Positions 15,792-18,708 of a DNA stretch of 18,708 nt are shown piece by piece. The stretch spans positions 1 through 18,708 of the forward strand of contig JANOTL010000209.1 of the NCBI GenBank assembly GCA_031416315.1, read 5' to 3'. The notes beneath the pieces are model-generated. The model was not told the origin of the DNA. It saw only the letters and a program-made list of their open reading frames with translations, and made no database searches. Position numbers and translations under genes: made by a program. Source of the DNA: Pseudomonadota bacterium (GTDB lineage Bacteria; Bdellovibrionota_B; Oligoflexia; Oligoflexales; CAIYRB01). Within the stretch, counting starts at the first letter, position 1. Every line of letters starts with the position of its first letter.

Positions 15792-15800
15792 CCGGGGCTT

Positions 15801-15829
15801 GCCCGCCGAAGCCAAAGGCGAAGGCGGGT
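15801..15829. repeat. REP-like imperfect palindrome between convergent genes
   Basis: GCCCGCC-GAA-GCC-AAA-GGC-GAA-GGCGGGT: nested inverted repeat with a symmetric GAA/GAA internal loop and no U-tract. Confidence 0.55.
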
Positions 15830-17484
15830 CAGTTGCCGAGAAACGGGATCTTGACGCCTTTCGCCTTGGCCACCTCGATCGCCCGGTCGTAGCCCGCGTC
15901 CGCGTGACGAACGACGCCCATGCCGGGGTCGCTCTGCAGCACCCGACGGAGACGGGCCTCTGCTTCCGCCGTGCCGTCGGCGACGATGACCATGCCGCTG
16001 TGGAGGGAGTAGCCGATGCCGACGCCCCCGCCGTGGTGGAAGCTCACCCAACTCGCGCCATTCACCGAGTTGATGAGGGCGTTGAGAATCGGCCAGTCGG
16101 CGACGGCGTCGCTGCCATCCTTCATGCCTTCGGTCTCCCGGTTCGGCGAGGCGACCGAGCCGCAGTCGAGGTGGTCTCTGCCGATGACGATCGGCGCTTT
16201 GACCTTGCCTTGGCGCACGAGGTCGTTGAAGAGAACCCCGGCTTTCTCGCGGTCGCCGTAGCCGAACCAGCAGATACGGCAGGGCAAGCCCTGGAACGCG
16301 ATGCGCTCGCGAGCCGTCGTGAGCCAGCGCTTGAGCTTCTCGTTCTCGGGGAAGGCTTCGAGGAGCGCCGCGTCGATCGTGTAAATGTCGGCCGGATCGC
16401 CGGAGAGCGCGGCCCAACGAAACGGTCCCTGCCCTTCGCAAAAGAGGGGGCGGATGTACTCGGGGACGAAGCCTTTGAACTGGCTCGCCCGCTTCGAGCC
16501 GCCCTTCTCGGCCTGGGCGCGGATGTTGTTGCCGTAGTCGAAGACGACGGCGCCGCGGTTCTTCAAATCGACCATCGCCTCGACGTGGACGGCCATCGAC
16601 TGGAACGCGCGGCGCTTGTAGGCCTCTGGATCGGTCTCGCGCAGCGTCTTCGCGGTGGCGAGGGTCAGACCTTGCGGGATGTAGCCGTTCAGCTCGTCGT
16701 GGGCCGAAGTCTGATCGGTGACGACGTCAGGGATGACGCCGCGCCGGAGAAGCTCCGGAAGAACGTCGGCGCAGTTGCCGACGAGGCCGATGCTTTTCGC
16801 TTGTTTCGTCTTTTTGTAGCGGTCGACCAAGGCGAGCGCTTCGTCTAGGGAGCCGGCGAGCTCGTCGAGGTAGCGTGTCTCGAGGCGGCGCTTGATGCGC
16901 GACTCGTCCACGTCGACGCCGAGAAAGACGCCGCCGGCGATCGTCGCGGCGAGCGGCTGCGCGCCGCCCATGCCGCCCAAGCCGCCGGAGAGAACGAAGC
17001 GGCCGGAGAGGTCGCCGCCGAAATGCGTCTTTCCGCAGGCGGCGAAGGTCTCGTAGGTGCCCTGCACGATTCCTTGGGTGCCGATGTAGATCCATGACCC
17101 GGCCGTCATCTGGCCGTACATCATCAGGCCCTTCTTCTCGAGCTCGTGGAAGTGCTCCCAGGTCGCCCATTTGCCGACGAGATTCGAGTTGGCGATCAGG
17201 ACGCGCGGGGCGTCGCGATGCGACTTGAAGACGGCGACGGGTTTGCCCGACTGCACGAGCAGGGTCTCGTCGCCTTCGAGCTTTTGGAGCGAAGAGACGA
17301 TCTGGTCGAAGCACTCCCAGTTGCTGGCAGCCTTGCCGGTGCCGCCGTAGACGACGAGGTTCTGCGGGTCTTCGGCCACCTCGGGGTCGAGATTGTTCAT
17401 CAACATGCGGAGCGCGGCCTCTTGGACCCAGCCCTTGCAGCTGAGGGTCGAGCCGCGCGGAGCGCGAACGGTGCGTGGCGGCAT
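15829..17484 (-). CDS. hutU: Urocanate hydratase
   Basis: [95 protein letters not shown]; 551 aa; GGAGG SD. Confidence 0.98.
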   Translation of the reverse strand: MPPRTVRAPRGSTLSCKGWVQEAALRMLMNNLDPEVAEDPQNLVVYGGTGKAASNWECFDQIVSSLQKLEGDETLLVQSGKPVAVFKSHRDAPRVLIANSNLVGKWATWEHFHELEKKGLMMYGQMTAGSWIYIGTQGIVQGTYETFAACGKTHFGGDLSGRFVLSGGLGGMGGAQPLAATIAGGVFLGVDVDESRIKRRLETRYLDELAGSLDEALALVDRYKKTKQAKSIGLVGNCADVLPELLRRGVIPDVVTDQTSAHDELNGYIPQGLTLATAKTLRETDPEAYKRRAFQSMAVHVEAMVDLKNRGAVVFDYGNNIRAQAEKGGSKRASQFKGFVPEYIRPLFCEGQGPFRWAALSGDPADIYTIDAALLEAFPENEKLKRWLTTARERIAFQGLPCRICWFGYGDREKAGVLFNDLVRQGKVKAPIVIGRDHLDCGSVASPNRETEGMKDGSDAVADWPILNALINSVNGASWVSFHHGGGVGIGYSLHSGMVIVADGTAEAEARLRRVLQSDPGMGVVRHADAGYDRAIEVAKAKGVKIPFLGN

Positions 17485-17621
17485 GGCGAGAAGCCTCCGA
17501 GCGAGCAGGGAAATCGGCAGATCAGGCGAACGGCGTCATCATGCCAGGCTGAAGAGCGGCTCCCAAGTCGATTTTAACCCGTCGGATTCACGCCCTTTTC
17601 GTGGAGTATTGAGGGTCCGCC

Positions 17622-17648
17622 TCAACTCTTCTTGGCGGCTTCCGAAAG
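17622..17648 (+). promoter_or_regulatory. Possible degenerate sigma-28 promoter for the small lipoprotein
   Basis: TCAA, 15 nt, TCCGAAAG, versus consensus TAAA-N15-GCCGATAA. Spacing and orientation are correct, about 47 nt upstream of the ATG, but there are several mismatches. Confidence 0.35.
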
Positions 17649-17695
17649 ATGGGGGGCGCGCGTCGGCACTGACGCGGGCTTAGAGGAGCCTCACC

Positions 17696-17944
17696 ATGAT
17701 CCGTACCATTGCGGTTTTTGCCGCCATGGCCGTCTTTTCCCTCGGCTGCGCAACGCCGACGAAGACGTCCAAGCAGAGCCAGAAGAAGGCGAAGCAGTCG
17801 AAGATGATCGGCAAGACGAAGAAGCGCTTCAACCCCGACGACTACTCGCTCACCGACGACAAGAACCTCGACGAGGGCCATCTGAAGAAGGGCGAGGCCG
17901 CCCTGGTCTCGCCCGCCTTGGACTCGCCGGATTCACCCTACTGA
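17696..17944 (+). CDS. Small Lys-rich hypothetical lipoprotein (82 aa)
   Basis: AGAGGAG SD; MIRTIAVFAAMAVFSLGC lipobox; GC-ending codon bias like the neighbouring genes; fills the gap between hutU and hisS. Confidence 0.75.
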   Translation: MIRTIAVFAAMAVFSLGCATPTKTSKQSQKKAKQSKMIGKTKKRFNPDDYSLTDDKNLDEGHLKKGEAALVSPALDSPDSPY

Positions 17945-17956
17945 AGTGACGTTCCG

Positions 17957-18708
17957 TCAGAGCGCGCCGAGGAGCGCCTGTACCTTGCCGACCACCTCGG
18001 CGAGCGGCAGGTCTCGCTCCTCGGTGCCCGTCTTCATGCTTTTCAGCGCGTAGGTGCGCTTCACCCTCTCCTCGCTGCCGACGGTCAGGACGAAGGGGCA
18101 ACCGAGACGATCGGCGTGCTTGAACTGGCCACCGAGCTTCGCCGTGAGGCCGACGTCGGTGACGATGCCCTCGTGACGCAAGGTCTCGGCGAGCTGGAAA
18201 GCGTAGGCCATCGCATCGTCGGTCGCGACGGCGATGAAGATCATATCCTTGCGCGCGGCTTGGATGCGGCCGAGCTCCTCGAGGCCGCCTAGGAGCCGGT
18301 CCAGGCCGACGGAGCCGCCGACACCGGGAAGCTCGCGCGAGCTGAAGCGCGACGCGAGGTCGTTGTAGCGGCCGCCCGAGCTGACCGAGCCGAAGCCCGG
18401 GAGCTCGTCGAGGGTCGTCTCGAAGACAATGCCGGTGTAGTAGCCGAGGCCGCGCGCGATCGTGAGGTCCAGCGCCAAGCGGCCAGGAGCAACCTTCGGA
18501 TCGTCGGCGTTCACCATCGCGAGGCCGCGGACGGTGTGCATCACCGCCTTCATGCGGTCGATCTCCGCCTGGGCCGCGGGCTCCCTGCCGAGGAACTGCT
18601 CGATCTCCTGGATGTCGGAGTCGCCCGTGGGGATCTTCGACAAGAGAACGCCGAGGAGGGCGTCGGCGCCGGCGACGGAGCCGCCGGCGAGCGCGGCGAG
18701 CAGGTCAC
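17957..18708 (-). CDS. hisS: Histidyl-tRNA synthetase, C-terminal part; 5' end outside the window
   Basis: DLTIARGLGYYTGIVFE, SSGGRYNDL, GVGGSVGLDRL, and anticodon-binding domain QFKHADRLG..FVLTVGSEE. The frame stays open to the window edge. Confidence 0.95.
   Translation of the reverse strand, partial: DLLAALAGGSVAGADALLGVLLSKIPTGDSDIQEIEQFLGREPAAQAEIDRMKAVMHTVRGLAMVNADDPKVAPGRLALDLTIARGLGYYTGIVFETTLDELPGFGSVSSGGRYNDLASRFSSRELPGVGGSVGLDRLLGGLEELGRIQAARKDMIFIAVATDDAMAYAFQLAETLRHEGIVTDVGLTAKLGGQFKHADRLGCPFVLTVGSEERVKRTYALKSMKTGTEERDLPLAEVVGKVQALLGAL

Overview
GC-rich bacterial chromosomal window, mostly housekeeping, with 13 supportable CDSs. In order: a partial MalE-like sugar ABC solute-binding gene (-; missed by the ORF track because it runs off the window), a degenerate receiver + TPR protein (+), a vWA/MIDAS lipoprotein with three C-terminal repeats (-), addB-addA helicase/nuclease (+), an unnamed probable outer-membrane beta-barrel (-), dusB (-), a CPBP/Abi intramembrane protease (-), serS (+), a Cys-rich lipoprotein (+), hutU (-), a small basic lipoprotein (+) and partial hisS (-). 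I found no rRNA, tRNA, CRISPR array, transposase or phage genes. The gene content resembles Bdellovibrionota/Oligoflexia or related predatory lineages (inference only). The best signals are non-coding: an exact sigma-28 (FliA) consensus promoter upstream of the MIDAS adhesin-like gene, a weaker one upstream of the small lipoprotein, a complete high-expression cassette around the orphan beta-barrel gene, and a REP-like palindrome after hutU. I cannot support a large novel multi-gene system here.
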